From Candidatus Limnocylindrales bacterium (lineage in GTDB: Bacteria; Chloroflexota; Limnocylindria; Limnocylindrales; CSP1-4): DNA of 64,000 bases. The position numbers and the translations under genes were made by a program. This document shows positions 34,501 to 43,005 of this stretch, one piece after another (the stretch's first letter is position 1; each line of letters opens with the position of its first letter). The stretch lies in contig JBBRSJ010000009.1 in the NCBI GenBank assembly GCA_038245515.1, positions 624 to 64,623 on the forward strand. The letters are read 5' to 3'. Under the pieces are notes generated by a model that did not search any database, had not been told where the DNA came from, and saw only the letters and a program-made list of their open reading frames with translations.

Positions 34501-35433
34501 GTCCTCGAGCGCGCGGGCTCCGAGGAGGGGCTCGCCCGAGCATGGCTGTCGATGAGCCAGGTGCGAATCGTCGGCGCCCGGTACGGCGACGCCGCCGAAG
34601 CCGTGGAGCGGGTCATCGAGCACGCTCAGAAGGCGGGCGACCGGGTCCTCGAGATCCGGGCCGGCCCGAACCTGGCCCATTGCGCGCAGTTCGGCCCGAT
34701 GCCCGTGCCCGAAGCCATCCGCCTGTGCGAGGAGATCATCGAGCGCTCAGGCGGCGACCAGAAGGCCGAGGCGGTGACGCTGCGCAGCCTCGCCCACCTG
34801 CACGCCAAGCGGGGCGAGTTCGACGCCGCACGCGACGAGTATCGGCGTGCGCGTCGCACGCTCGAGGAGCTCGGCTGGAGGTTCCATGCTGCGCTCACGT
34901 CGATCAACTCGGGCCCGATCGAGATGCTGGCCGGCGATCCCGTGGCGGCCGAGGCGGAGCTGCGACGCGACTACGAGGCGCTCGATCGGCTCGGCGACCG
35001 CAACTTCATCTCAACGGTGGCCGCCTACCTGGCCGAGGCCCTCTGTCAGCAGGGCCGGTTCGATGAGGCGTCCGAGATAGCGTCCTTCAGTGCGGGTATC
35101 GCGGCCCTTGACGACGTGTACACGCAGGTCGTCCTGAACCGCGTTCGGGGCAAAGTCCTCTCGCGGCTCGGTCGCCACGACGAAGCCGTAGCCGAGTGCG
35201 GCACGGCCGTCGAACTGAGCCGAACCGAAGACGATCCGACGGACCAGGCCGATGCGCTGTCGGACCTCGCGCTCGTCCGACGCGCCGCCGGCGATGATGC
35301 CGGGGCGGCAGCGGCCGGGATCGAGGCACTGGCACTGTATGAGGCGAAGGGCAACGTCGTCTCAGCGGCGCGAGCTCGCAGGTTCCTCGCAGCTGCTGTC
35401 GAGGAAACGGCTTTGACGGGCGAACGTCATTGA
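31510..35433 (+). CDS. Multidomain signalling protein: Zn-ribbon, cyclase domain, Zn-ribbon, cyclase domain, P-loop STAND/AAA ATPase, TPR-like repeats
   Basis: CPAC...CGYC, then FLTSDLQGST...IGDAILAVFG. CSNC...CGGC, then TIVFAFLD...IGDAVMAVFG...GDAVNVAARLE. Walker A LVGDAGVGKTRL and Walker B VVVFDDIQWAE. A long helical-repeat C-terminus. Confidence 0.85.
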   Translation: MGTCPACGRDRPARLPYCGYCGHRFADVEPLPEVSRIVTFLTSDLQGSTALAEKLDPETLREVLDLYFDAMRLVFESHGAIIEKIIGDAILAVFGLGGTRTDHAVEAVRAAAEGQAALQALNARLDARWGVQLVNRTGIAGGPLTVRAASADEHILTGEVIQRSGRLEQAAPPLEVLLDEATFAAASSLAGVSAEPFEARPKNPVINPDGTTAFIPSFRLISVEPASRAPGAVPAESSGGRACSNCGTANPDDFGRCGGCGAQLVGTRGAERRKVVTIVFAFLDARDSAGEDLTADAQREVMARAFEASRAALARHGGTIEKFIGDAVMAVFGLPARHEDDALRAVRAALDMRTGLVLLGEALRQESAIHFEVAIGVNTGEVITGEASLGQRLVTGDAVNVAARLEQAAAPGEILLGDLTARLVRDHATLEQVASLTLKGKSQPVPAHRVLSVQGASIVASVPTTAMVGREAEMRLLTDSLETAAAERVCRIVTLVGDAGVGKTRLSKEFLEAARAQATIVSGRCLPYGDGITFWPVIEVVQGAAGLAESDTPAKAIRKLRRLIGDKAVVDRVAAAVGLRDAPFQIGELFWGIRRFLEILADGKPLVVVFDDIQWAESTFLDLLGHLTENVHDEPILLLCMARHALLEKQPTWGQGPDERTIVLSPLSDADAGRVTDNLLGEVGLADAVRNRVVTAAEGNPLFVEQLVSMLKETGMLRLVEDRWEPAGDLSTLAIPPTIHALLAARIDQLPEGERATLDPASVIGLVFPRLALQAIIDDDVRDEVPERLDALTTRQLVRPTDPADVENDEYRFTHLMIRDAAYAGLLKRTRARLHERFVAWADEANRASDRATEFEEILGYHLEQACRYLSELGSLDEHGSALGIDASGRLASAGQRAFVRGDMPATANLIRRAVDLLPDDHAARPGLLFQLALAVTEIGEVGAAEDALALAAEAAARLGDIGLETTARLERVMVQYNADPARVEGNIEEKIRESVVVLERAGSEEGLARAWLSMSQVRIVGARYGDAAEAVERVIEHAQKAGDRVLEIRAGPNLAHCAQFGPMPVPEAIRLCEEIIERSGGDQKAEAVTLRSLAHLHAKRGEFDAARDEYRRARRTLEELGWRFHAALTSINSGPIEMLAGDPVAAEAELRRDYEALDRLGDRNFISTVAAYLAEALCQQGRFDEASEIASFSAGIAALDDVYTQVVLNRVRGKVLSRLGRHDEAVAECGTAVELSRTEDDPTDQADALSDLALVRRAAGDDAGAAAAGIEALALYEAKGNVVSAARARRFLAAAVEETALTGERH

Positions 35434-35439
35434 CAAACG

Positions 35440-35467
35440 ACAGCGCGCCCGCTCCCGGGCGCGCTGT
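35440..35467. terminator. Perfect 12-bp GC hairpin between convergent genes
   Basis: ACAGCGCGCCCG, loop ctcc, CGGGCGCGCTGT. Begins 7 nt after the stop of the cyclase gene. A second short CCCGCC/GGCGGG hairpin follows. Confidence 0.6.
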
Positions 35468-35507
35468 TCACGCAGGTCGGTCCCGCCGTAGTGGGCGGGT
35501 CACTGCC

Positions 35508-36440
35508 CTACTTCATGTACCCCGATGGGTCGTTGGCTCCGGGAGGGGCGAGAACCCCGAAGAACCCGACGTTCTTCTGATTCGATTTCTTGAATAGCAC
35601 GCATGGGCCAGTGGCGTTCTTGCCGCAGGCCGAGAGCAGCCCGGTGAAGGGAGTCCCGTCAGCGCGGGGGCCGCTCCAGCAGACGTTGAACAGCCCAATC
35701 CCCTTGGTCACGAGGTTGGGCGCAAGGGCAAAGATGACCGTTTTCGGTCCCGAGGATGTGGTGTTATTGAACGTCAGTACACCCTTCGTTTCGAGTGCGC
35801 CGCCCCCGCACGCGGTTGTCATCCCCGGAGTGGCGTCCCCGAATCCGACGTCCGTGAACATCCCGTTATCGGAGAACAGGGTCGCGGCTGTCGAGAGCCC
35901 GTTGTAGACCTGGGTGCACACAACGTTGTCCGGACACGGGGAAATGGGTTGCGTCTGCGGGATGAAGACGGCCGTAAAGAAGGCCTCGTTCGAGTCGTAG
36001 CTACACGTCGCGGTGGTCGGGGCGCTGGCCGTGAGCTTGTAGTAGTTGTCGTCCGAGACGCTGATGTTGAAGGTGGCGACGCTAGCCGATGCATTGGCCG
36101 TGTAGGACGTCGGCAAGTTCCAGCCGCCCTCGCCATCGCTCTTGTAGACGTTCAGTGTCACCCTAGCCGGCGAGCAGAGATCGGAGCTCGGAAGGGTCGG
36201 CCCGACTCCTTCACCAACGAATGTCGTGATAGAGACCTGGACGGTGAACGTCTGAAAGGTCACCACCGTGTCCGGCGCGGAGATGTCGAGGCCACAGGAG
36301 GCGGGGCCTTCTCCGGGCGGACACGCCGTCGAGGCGGCGCTGGCGATGCTGCCCAGCGGGACGACCAGAAGTGCGACCACTGTCGCGACGGACAGGGCCA
36401 CCGCGGACAGGCGGCGGCGCATGCGCGAAACGCTCGACAT
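35508..36440 (-). CDS. Secreted protein of unknown function
   Basis: The ATG at 36440 has a GGAGGG RBS. MSSVSRMRRRLSAVALSVATVVALLVVPLGSIASAAS is a signal peptide. The mature part is Cys-rich. Confidence 0.6.
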   Translation of the reverse strand: MSSVSRMRRRLSAVALSVATVVALLVVPLGSIASAASTACPPGEGPASCGLDISAPDTVVTFQTFTVQVSITTFVGEGVGPTLPSSDLCSPARVTLNVYKSDGEGGWNLPTSYTANASASVATFNISVSDDNYYKLTASAPTTATCSYDSNEAFFTAVFIPQTQPISPCPDNVVCTQVYNGLSTAATLFSDNGMFTDVGFGDATPGMTTACGGGALETKGVLTFNNTTSSGPKTVIFALAPNLVTKGIGLFNVCWSGPRADGTPFTGLLSACGKNATGPCVLFKKSNQKNVGFFGVLAPPGANDPSGYMK

Positions 36441-36635
36441 CGAACCCTCCAGACTTTGCGATCGATCGTGCCGCGCTCGCCCTCGGAGCAGCAATCCACC
36501 CAGATCGATCGCAGATCTGTCGCGCAGCCTACGCCGATGCGCCGGAGCGGTCGATGCCCTTTGCAATTGATGGTGCATCCGGGCACCGCGCGCTCGCGAG
36601 ACCGCGACCGACCGCCGGGAATCTACACTGCGTCG

Positions 36636-37262
36636 GTGTCACCGTCCCCGGACCCCGCGACCCCTCCGATCGGACCGTACGAGCGCCGCCAGGCCGCCGT
36701 CCGGCCGTGGGATCCGCGCGCCATCGACGTCGCGGCCCGCGTCACCGCCATCATCGAGACGGCGCGGCCGGACCTCCACGTCGAGCACATCGGCAGCACG
36801 TCGGTCCCGGGGCTGCCGGGCAAGGGGATCGTCGATCTCGGCACCGAGGCGGACCCCCTTGAGATCCCGGCGATCACCACGGCGATGTACGGGCTCGGGT
36901 TCGGTCCGCAGCCCGGCCCCAACCCGTGGCCGGCGACCCGGCCGATGCACGTCGGGTCGGTCATCGACCGCGGTGTGGAGTACCGGATCCACTTCCACGT
37001 CCATCCGAGAGGCAACGACGATCTTACCAAGGACCTCCGCTTCCGGGACGCGCTGCGCGCCGACCCGGCCCTCGTCGAGGGCTACGCGCGAGTCAAGCAG
37101 GCAATCGTCGAGCGTGCCGGCGGCCCCCTGGACGGGGTCATCTACCAGGCGGAAAAGGGCGGCTGGATCCTCGACGTCTACGATCGGCTCGGGATCGAAC
37201 GGCCGGCTCACGTCGGTGGCGGCGGCCCCACCGGCGAGTCGGGCGCCAACGAGCAGCATTGA
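36636..37262 (+). CDS. GrpB/UPF0157 family protein
   Basis: HVEHIGSTSVPGLPGKGIVDL and RFRDALRADPALVEGYARVK. Start uncertain: GTG at 36636 or ATG at 36570. Confidence 0.75.
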   Translation: MSPSPDPATPPIGPYERRQAAVRPWDPRAIDVAARVTAIIETARPDLHVEHIGSTSVPGLPGKGIVDLGTEADPLEIPAITTAMYGLGFGPQPGPNPWPATRPMHVGSVIDRGVEYRIHFHVHPRGNDDLTKDLRFRDALRADPALVEGYARVKQAIVERAGGPLDGVIYQAEKGGWILDVYDRLGIERPAHVGGGGPTGESGANEQH

Positions 37263-37276
37263 ACGGGAGGTCGAAG

Positions 37277-37780
37277 GTGACGGACGGAACACGCGCGTCG
37301 GGACGGGTCGGGATCGTGGTTGGCAGTCGGTCGGACATCGCGGCAGCCGAGCGGGCGATGGCCGTCCTCGACGAGCTCGAGGTCGACTCGGAGATCCGGG
37401 TGATCTCGGCCCACCGGGCCCCGGACCTGCTCGCTTCGTTCGTCGCCGGCGCCGAGGCGCGCGGGATTCGCGTGTTCATCGCGATCGCCGGACTCGCCGC
37501 CCATCTGCCGGGCGTCGTCGCCTCGCAGACCACGCGACCGGTGATCGGCGTGCCGATGGCCGGCGGCGTGTCGGACGGGCTCGATGCGCTGCTCGCGATC
37601 GTCCAGATGCCGAAGGGCGTGCCGGTCGCAACCGTCGGTGTCGGCAACGGCGAGAACGCCGGTCTGCTGGCCGCCGCGATCCTCGCGGTTGGAGACACTG
37701 CGCTGGGTACGCGGCTCGCGGGCCGTCGTGCGAAGCAGGCCGCCGCGATCGCCGCTGATCCCGCCAACGAGGGGCTCTGA
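37277..37780 (+). CDS. purE: N5-carboxyaminoimidazole ribonucleotide mutase PurE
   Basis: VGIVVGSRSD, ISAHRAP, AGLAAHLPGVVAS.TTRPVIGVP, VATVGV. GTG start with a GGGAGG RBS. Confidence 0.9.
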   Translation: MTDGTRASGRVGIVVGSRSDIAAAERAMAVLDELEVDSEIRVISAHRAPDLLASFVAGAEARGIRVFIAIAGLAAHLPGVVASQTTRPVIGVPMAGGVSDGLDALLAIVQMPKGVPVATVGVGNGENAGLLAAAILAVGDTALGTRLAGRRAKQAAAIAADPANEGL

Positions 37781-37837
37781 CCCGAGGCGAGCGGCCGGCG
37801 GCCGAGCCTCGCTCCGCCCGGTCGTACACTCGCAGCG

Positions 37838-38317
37838 ATGGACGACGAGCGCTGGGAGCCCGGGATGCCGGTCCTCGACCGTCAGGCCGTCATCGAGGCG
37901 GCCGGCGCCGTCGCCAGGCCCGCGACGCCCGCGACGCCCGCGCCCCGTCCGAGCCCGGTGCTGCCCCCGAGCCTCCAGGGACTGCCGCCGCGCTCGGTGC
38001 CCGAGACCGCGCCGACGCCGCTTCAGAAGCACTACGTCCTCCTCTCGGTTCCGGTGCTCCTGCTCGGCGCGATCGCGATCACCGCGCTCGAGGTCGGGGC
38101 CCCGCTCGGCAGCCCGCTCGTGAAGATCTGCGTAGTGGTTGCCGCGCCGCTCCTGGTCGTCACGACGACGGACGCGATCGTCCGGATCTGGCGCTCGGCG
38201 TGGGCGTGGATGGGGGTCGATGTCACCAAGGGCGCCTTCCGGCTCGCCTGGGTCGCGGTCAGCGTGATCGGGCTCGCGGCGCTCATTGCCGCCGCGGTGC
38301 TGGTGGCGCTCGCATGA
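37838..38317 (+). CDS. Membrane protein of unknown function
   Basis: A Pro-rich N-terminus, then three hydrophobic helices. Its stop overlaps the NUDIX gene start (ATGA). Confidence 0.55.
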   Translation: MDDERWEPGMPVLDRQAVIEAAGAVARPATPATPAPRPSPVLPPSLQGLPPRSVPETAPTPLQKHYVLLSVPVLLLGAIAITALEVGAPLGSPLVKICVVVAAPLLVVTTTDAIVRIWRSAWAWMGVDVTKGAFRLAWVAVSVIGLAALIAAAVLVALA

Positions 38318-38961
38318 ACGACCAGCGCGACCCCGTCGCGGAGCTGCTCGACGCGTTCGGGCGCGGGCCCGACGGTCGCTCGACGAGCATCCCGTCGGGC
38401 GGCGGCGTCCCGCCGTGGATGGCGGCGATGCTCAACTACTGCGCTCGATGCGGGACGGAGCTCTCGTTCGGCCCGATCGACGGCGAGGACCGCGATCGGC
38501 TCGCCTGCCCATCATGCGGCTACATCGCCTATGTCAATCCGCGCCTCGTGGTGACGACCATCCCGGTCACCGATCACGGCGAGGTCGTGCTCCTCCGCCG
38601 CGGGATCGACCCGGGCCGCGGCTGGTGGGCCCAGCCGGGCGGCTTTCTCGAGGTCGACGAGACCGTCGGAGAGGCGGCCGTGCGAGAGACGCTCGAGGAG
38701 ACGGGACTGATCGTCGAGCCGGGGGAGATCGTCGGGCTGTATTCGCGGCTCGAGGCGGCGGTCGTCGTCCTCGCGTTCGAGGCTCGCGTGGTCGGCGGCT
38801 CATACCAGCTCAACCCGGAGGCACTCGAGATCCAGGCCTTCGCGCCAGACGAGATCCCGTGGCCCGGGATCGCGTTCAAGACGAGCTACTGGGCGATCCG
38901 CGACTGGCTCCATCGGCGCCGCCCCGACATCCACCCGGCCGACCGCCACTGGGACGAGTAG
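38314..38961 (+). CDS. NUDIX hydrolase with N-terminal zinc ribbon
   Basis: CARCG...CPSCG, followed by the Nudix box GGFLEVDETVGEAAVRETLEETG. Confidence 0.85.
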   Translation: MNDQRDPVAELLDAFGRGPDGRSTSIPSGGGVPPWMAAMLNYCARCGTELSFGPIDGEDRDRLACPSCGYIAYVNPRLVVTTIPVTDHGEVVLLRRGIDPGRGWWAQPGGFLEVDETVGEAAVRETLEETGLIVEPGEIVGLYSRLEAAVVVLAFEARVVGGSYQLNPEALEIQAFAPDEIPWPGIAFKTSYWAIRDWLHRRRPDIHPADRHWDE

Positions 38962-38980
38962 GCCGGGTTCGGCAATCCTG

Positions 38981-39253
38981 CTAGCCGTGCGAGGTGCGCA
39001 CCCACGGCGGCGTCGAATCCCAGGCGCGAGCCGTCAGGACGGAGTCGTCGATCGTGAACCGATTGACGCGCGGGATCCGGCCGGCCTGCGTGCGGTTGAT
39101 CGCCGCCGGCCAGTCCGATCGAGGTGACGGCGTGGCCGCGGCAACGAGTGGCGCGGGTGCGGGCGTCGCCGCGGCGGACGCGGCGGACGCGGCGCGCGCG
39201 ACCGCGGGTGAAGAGGTGGACGGCGTGTGGCCCACGATGGCGATGCCGACCAC
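38981..39253 (-). CDS. Doubtful small membrane-anchored ORF downstream of the aldehyde dehydrogenase gene
   Basis: GC3 is coding-like. The frame is open upstream to the ALDH stop and there encodes a TM-like SLLIAPLVLVGVVGIAIVG, but the first canonical start (GTG at 39253) lies inside that helix. Confidence 0.25.
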   Translation of the reverse strand: MVGIAIVGHTPSTSSPAVARAASAASAAATPAPAPLVAAATPSPRSDWPAAINRTQAGRIPRVNRFTIDDSVLTARAWDSTPPWVRTSHG

Positions 39254-39338
39254 CCCGACGAGAACGAGCGGCGCGATCAGCAGGGATCGGCGCGTCGTCC
39301 GGCCGGATCGGACCGCTCCGATCTCGACCGCGAGCCCG

Positions 39339-40832
39339 TCAGGAGATGTCGATGAAGACGTTCTTCGTCTCCGTGTACAGGTCGAGGGCCGACATCCCGA
39401 GCTCGCGCCCGATGCCGGACATCTTGTAACCGCCGAACGGAGCCTCGGTGTGGACCGACGAGTTCGAGTTCACCGAGATCACCCCGGCCTGGAGCGCCTT
39501 GGCCGACCGCAGCCCCTTGCCGAGGTCGCGGGTCCAGATCGAGCCCGACAGGCCGTACGGCGTCGCGTTCGCGAGGCGAAGGGCCTCCTCCTCGGTGTCG
39601 AACGGGATCACCGAGACGACCGGGCCGAAGATCTCCTCGGCCGCGATCCGCATGTCGTTGCTGACGTTGTCGAACACGGTCGGCATGAGATACGCGCCGT
39701 CGGCCAGGGCCGGATCATCGGGCGCGGCGCCGCCGACGACGATCGTGGCTCCCTCGGCCTGCCCGATCTCGATGTAGTCCTTCACCCGGTCGCGCTGCTT
39801 GAAGCTCACGAGCGTCCCGACCTCGGTCGCCTCGTCGGCGGGGTCGCCGACCTTGACGTTGCGGGTCGCCGCGGCGAACAGCTCGACGACCTGCTCGTGG
39901 ACCGAGCGCTCGACGAGGATCCGCGAACGGGCGCAGCAGTCCTGGCCGGCGTTGTCGAACACCGAATAGGGCGATTCCCGGGCGAACTTCTCGAGATCGG
40001 CGTCGGCGAAGACGATGTTCGGGCTCTTGCCGCCGAGCTCGAGGCTGATCTTCTTCACGTTGCCGGCGGCCAGCCGCATGATCTCCTGACCGGTCGTGGT
40101 CTCGCCCGTGAACGCGACCTTGCCGATCCCCGGGTGGGCGGCAATCGAGGCACCCGCGGTGCCGCCCGGTCCGGTGACGATGTTCAGGACGCCGGCCGGA
40201 ATGCCGGCCTCGAGCGCGAGCTCGCCGAGGCGGATCGCCGTCAGCGGCGTGTACGAGGCTGGCTTGAGGATCGCGGTGTTGCCGGCAGCGAGGGCCGGCG
40301 CGACCTTCCAGGAGGCCATCAGGAGCGGGAAGTTCCACGGCACGATCAGCCCGACGACGCCGATCGGCTCGCGCAGGGTCAGGTCGAGGCCTGGCTTCGA
40401 GACCGGGATCGTCTGGCCATAGACCTTGTTGGCCGCCCCGGCGTAGTAGTCGAACACGAGGCTGGCGCCGATCACCTCGCCGCGCGCCCCGCCGATCGGC
40501 TTGCCAACATTACGGCTCTCGAGCCAGGCGAGCTCCTCGCTGTTCTTCTTGATCAGCTCGGCCAGCTTTCCCAGCGACCGGCCGCGCTTCCCGGCGGCCC
40601 AGTTCGCCCAGCCCTTGCGGTCGTCGAAAGCCTTGCGGGCCGCCTCCACGGCGCGGTCGACGTCGGCCCGGCCACCGAGCGGCGCGGTCGCGATCACCTT
40701 GCCCGTTGCCGGATTGACGACGTCGAATGTCTGGCCATCGGCCGCGTCCACGGACGCGCCACCGATCGTCATCCGGGCGGTTGTCGGGGCGTCGGTCGCG
40801 GCGCCGTCGGCCGCGCGCTGGTCGGTCGTCAT
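39339..40832 (-). CDS. NAD(P)-dependent aldehyde dehydrogenase
   Basis: FTGETTTG, LELGGKSP (catalytic Glu), NAGQDCCA (catalytic Cys), PFGGYKMSG. Confidence 0.9.
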   Translation of the reverse strand: MTTDQRAADGAATDAPTTARMTIGGASVDAADGQTFDVVNPATGKVIATAPLGGRADVDRAVEAARKAFDDRKGWANWAAGKRGRSLGKLAELIKKNSEELAWLESRNVGKPIGGARGEVIGASLVFDYYAGAANKVYGQTIPVSKPGLDLTLREPIGVVGLIVPWNFPLLMASWKVAPALAAGNTAILKPASYTPLTAIRLGELALEAGIPAGVLNIVTGPGGTAGASIAAHPGIGKVAFTGETTTGQEIMRLAAGNVKKISLELGGKSPNIVFADADLEKFARESPYSVFDNAGQDCCARSRILVERSVHEQVVELFAAATRNVKVGDPADEATEVGTLVSFKQRDRVKDYIEIGQAEGATIVVGGAAPDDPALADGAYLMPTVFDNVSNDMRIAAEEIFGPVVSVIPFDTEEEALRLANATPYGLSGSIWTRDLGKGLRSAKALQAGVISVNSNSSVHTEAPFGGYKMSGIGRELGMSALDLYTETKNVFIDIS

Positions 40833-40933
40833 GGTCGGGATTCCTCGTCGTCGGGCAGGTGCGGCGGATGGCCGCGGATCGTCCCGCCATGGTACGCCGG
40901 GCCCCGCCTCGGCTCTCCCCGCCGCGTCCGCGC

Positions 40934-41743
40934 CTAACGAGCCGACGGCGTTGGCGCGCCCTCGACGAAGCGCTCCGAGGCCGCCATCGCCGCCCCGACG
41001 ATCCCGGCGTCGTTGCGGAGGCTCGCCGTGACCACCCGCGGCCGGATGGTCAGCCGCGGCAGGAACTTGTCGCCGTTCTTGCTGACCCCGCCACCGAGGA
41101 TGATCAGGTTCGGCCAGAAGAGCTTGTCGATCGCGTGGAGGTGCTCGTCAAGATCAGCCGCCCACGCCTTCCACGACAGGCCGCGCCGCACCCGGGACGC
41201 GGCGGCCGACCGGCGCTCGGCGTCGCGGCCGCGGATCTCCATGTGCCCGAGCTCGACGTTCGGGACGAGAACCCCGTCGTTGAACACGCCCGAGCCGACG
41301 CCCGTGCCGAGCGTCAGGGTGATCACGACACCTGGTTCGCCGTGGCCCGCCCCGAAGCGCATTTCGGCGAGGCCCGCTGCATCCGCGTCGTTGAGGACAA
41401 CGACGGGCCCGGCGAGCGACGACCGGAGGTGGCTGAGGAGGTCGTAGTCGATCCACTGCGGATCGATGTTCGCGGCACTCTTCGTCACCCCGTCGATGAC
41501 GACGCTTGGCATCGTGACCCCGATCGGCAGCAGCTTCGGGTCGACCCCGGTCTCGCGCGCGACACGCTTGACGATCCGGATGATCGACGGGACGACCTGC
41601 GCCGGCGTCGAGGGCTGGGGAGTCGGCACACGCAGACGGGTGCTGACCAGCGTGCCGGTGTCGACATCGACCGCGGCGGTCTTGATCCCGCTGCCGCCGA
41701 CATCGACGCCGATGGCGACCTTCGTGCCCGGTGCGACGGCCAT
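40934..41743 (-). CDS. ppgK: Polyphosphate/ATP glucokinase (ROK family)
   Basis: GVDVGGSGIK, LNDADAAGLAE, TLGTGVGSG and ELGHMEI, a PPGK-like pattern without the Zn Cys motif of classical ROK repressors. Confidence 0.8.
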   Translation of the reverse strand: MAVAPGTKVAIGVDVGGSGIKTAAVDVDTGTLVSTRLRVPTPQPSTPAQVVPSIIRIVKRVARETGVDPKLLPIGVTMPSVVIDGVTKSAANIDPQWIDYDLLSHLRSSLAGPVVVLNDADAAGLAEMRFGAGHGEPGVVITLTLGTGVGSGVFNDGVLVPNVELGHMEIRGRDAERRSAAASRVRRGLSWKAWAADLDEHLHAIDKLFWPNLIILGGGVSKNGDKFLPRLTIRPRVVTASLRNDAGIVGAAMAASERFVEGAPTPSAR

Positions 41744-41753
41744 CGTCTCGACC

Positions 41754-42521
41754 TCAGAAGTAGTTGACGGTGATGCCGCCGTCGATCACCAGGTTGGACC
41801 CGTTCGTCCAGCGGCTCTCGTCGGAGGCGAGGTAGATCGCGACGTGGACGATCTCCTCGGGCTTGCCGAAGCGCCCGGTCGGGTTGCGCGCGAGGCGGAG
41901 CTTCTTCGCCTCGTCGTCCTTGACGAGCCAGTCCATGAGGAGCGGTGTCTCGATCGGCCCCGGCGAGATCGAGTTCGTCCGGACGCCGCGCGGCGCGAAC
42001 TGGACCGCGAGGCTCTTCGTGAGGGCGAGGACGGCGCCCTTCGACGCGGTGTAGGCGTCCTGCGGGACCGAGCAGCCGAGAATCGCGACGAACGACGCGA
42101 CGTTGATGATCGAGCCCGAGCCCTGCTCGAGCATCGGCGGGATCGCGTACTTGCAGCCGAGGTAGACGCCGCGGACGTTGACGGCCATGACCTTGTCCCA
42201 GGTCTCGACGTCGGTGTCGATCACGGAGTGGTCGGCCGCGGGCATGATCCCGGCATTGTTATAGAGCGCATCCACGCGGCCGTACGTGGCGATCGCGTGG
42301 TCGACCATCCGCTTCGCCTGATCGTCGCGTGACACGTCGGCGGCGACGGCGGTGGCCTGGCCCCCGGCGGCAGTGACCTCGGCCGCGGCAGACTCGGCCA
42401 TCTCCTCGGATACGTCGACGCAGACGACGCGGGCGCCCTCGGCGGCGAACATCCGGGCGGCCGTCCGGCCCATCCCGCCACCCGCCCCGGTGATGATCGT
42501 GACCTTGTCCTCGAGACGCAC
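41754..42521 (-). CDS. SDR-family oxidoreductase
   Basis: TGAGGGMG, NNAG, YTASKGA (Y-x3-K), PGPIETP. Confidence 0.85.
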   Translation of the reverse strand: MRLEDKVTIITGAGGGMGRTAARMFAAEGARVVCVDVSEEMAESAAAEVTAAGGQATAVAADVSRDDQAKRMVDHAIATYGRVDALYNNAGIMPAADHSVIDTDVETWDKVMAVNVRGVYLGCKYAIPPMLEQGSGSIINVASFVAILGCSVPQDAYTASKGAVLALTKSLAVQFAPRGVRTNSISPGPIETPLLMDWLVKDDEAKKLRLARNPTGRFGKPEEIVHVAIYLASDESRWTNGSNLVIDGGITVNYF

Positions 42522-42627
42522 GGTGGCTGGGCCTCCTCTGGATCGTCTGCTGGCGGTCGCGAAATGGTACTCGCGCGGTCACGTGCCGACTCCGGCCTGC
42601 GGCGCGCCTCCGTCGATCTCCGGCTCG

Positions 42628-43005
42628 TCAGCCGTGCCGCGCGCCGCGGGCGTCGAGGAGCGCGGTGCGGACCTTGCCGAAGCCGGCTTCGATCGCGGCC
42701 ACCCGCTCCGCCGCATCCGGCAATGCGCCGCCGCGAGCGTCCTCCTCGAGCGACCGACACAGGGCCCCGAGCTCGAGCGCGCCGACGTTGAGGCTGCCGC
42801 TCTTGAGCGAGTGGGCGGCCCGGACGAGCTCGGCGGTGGCGCCGTCGCCGCCCGCTAGGGCCGTGCGCAGCGCGTCGAGCTGGGCCCGGCCGTCGTCGAG
42901 ATACGTATCGACGAGCTCGTCGACGAAACCGATCTCTCCACCGGTCATCTCGAGGAGGGCGGCAAACGTCGCGTCGTCGACCGGCCCAGTCACAGGCCCG
43001 CTCAT
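42628..43005 (-). CDS. Standalone Hpt (histidine phosphotransfer) protein
   Basis: The AAHSLKSGSLNVGA phospho-His motif in a ~125-aa helical protein. ATGA overlap with the upstream REC-cyclase stop. Confidence 0.8.
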   Translation of the reverse strand: MSGPVTGPVDDATFAALLEMTGGEIGFVDELVDTYLDDGRAQLDALRTALAGGDGATAELVRAAHSLKSGSLNVGALELGALCRSLEEDARGGALPDAAERVAAIEAGFGKVRTALLDARGARHG

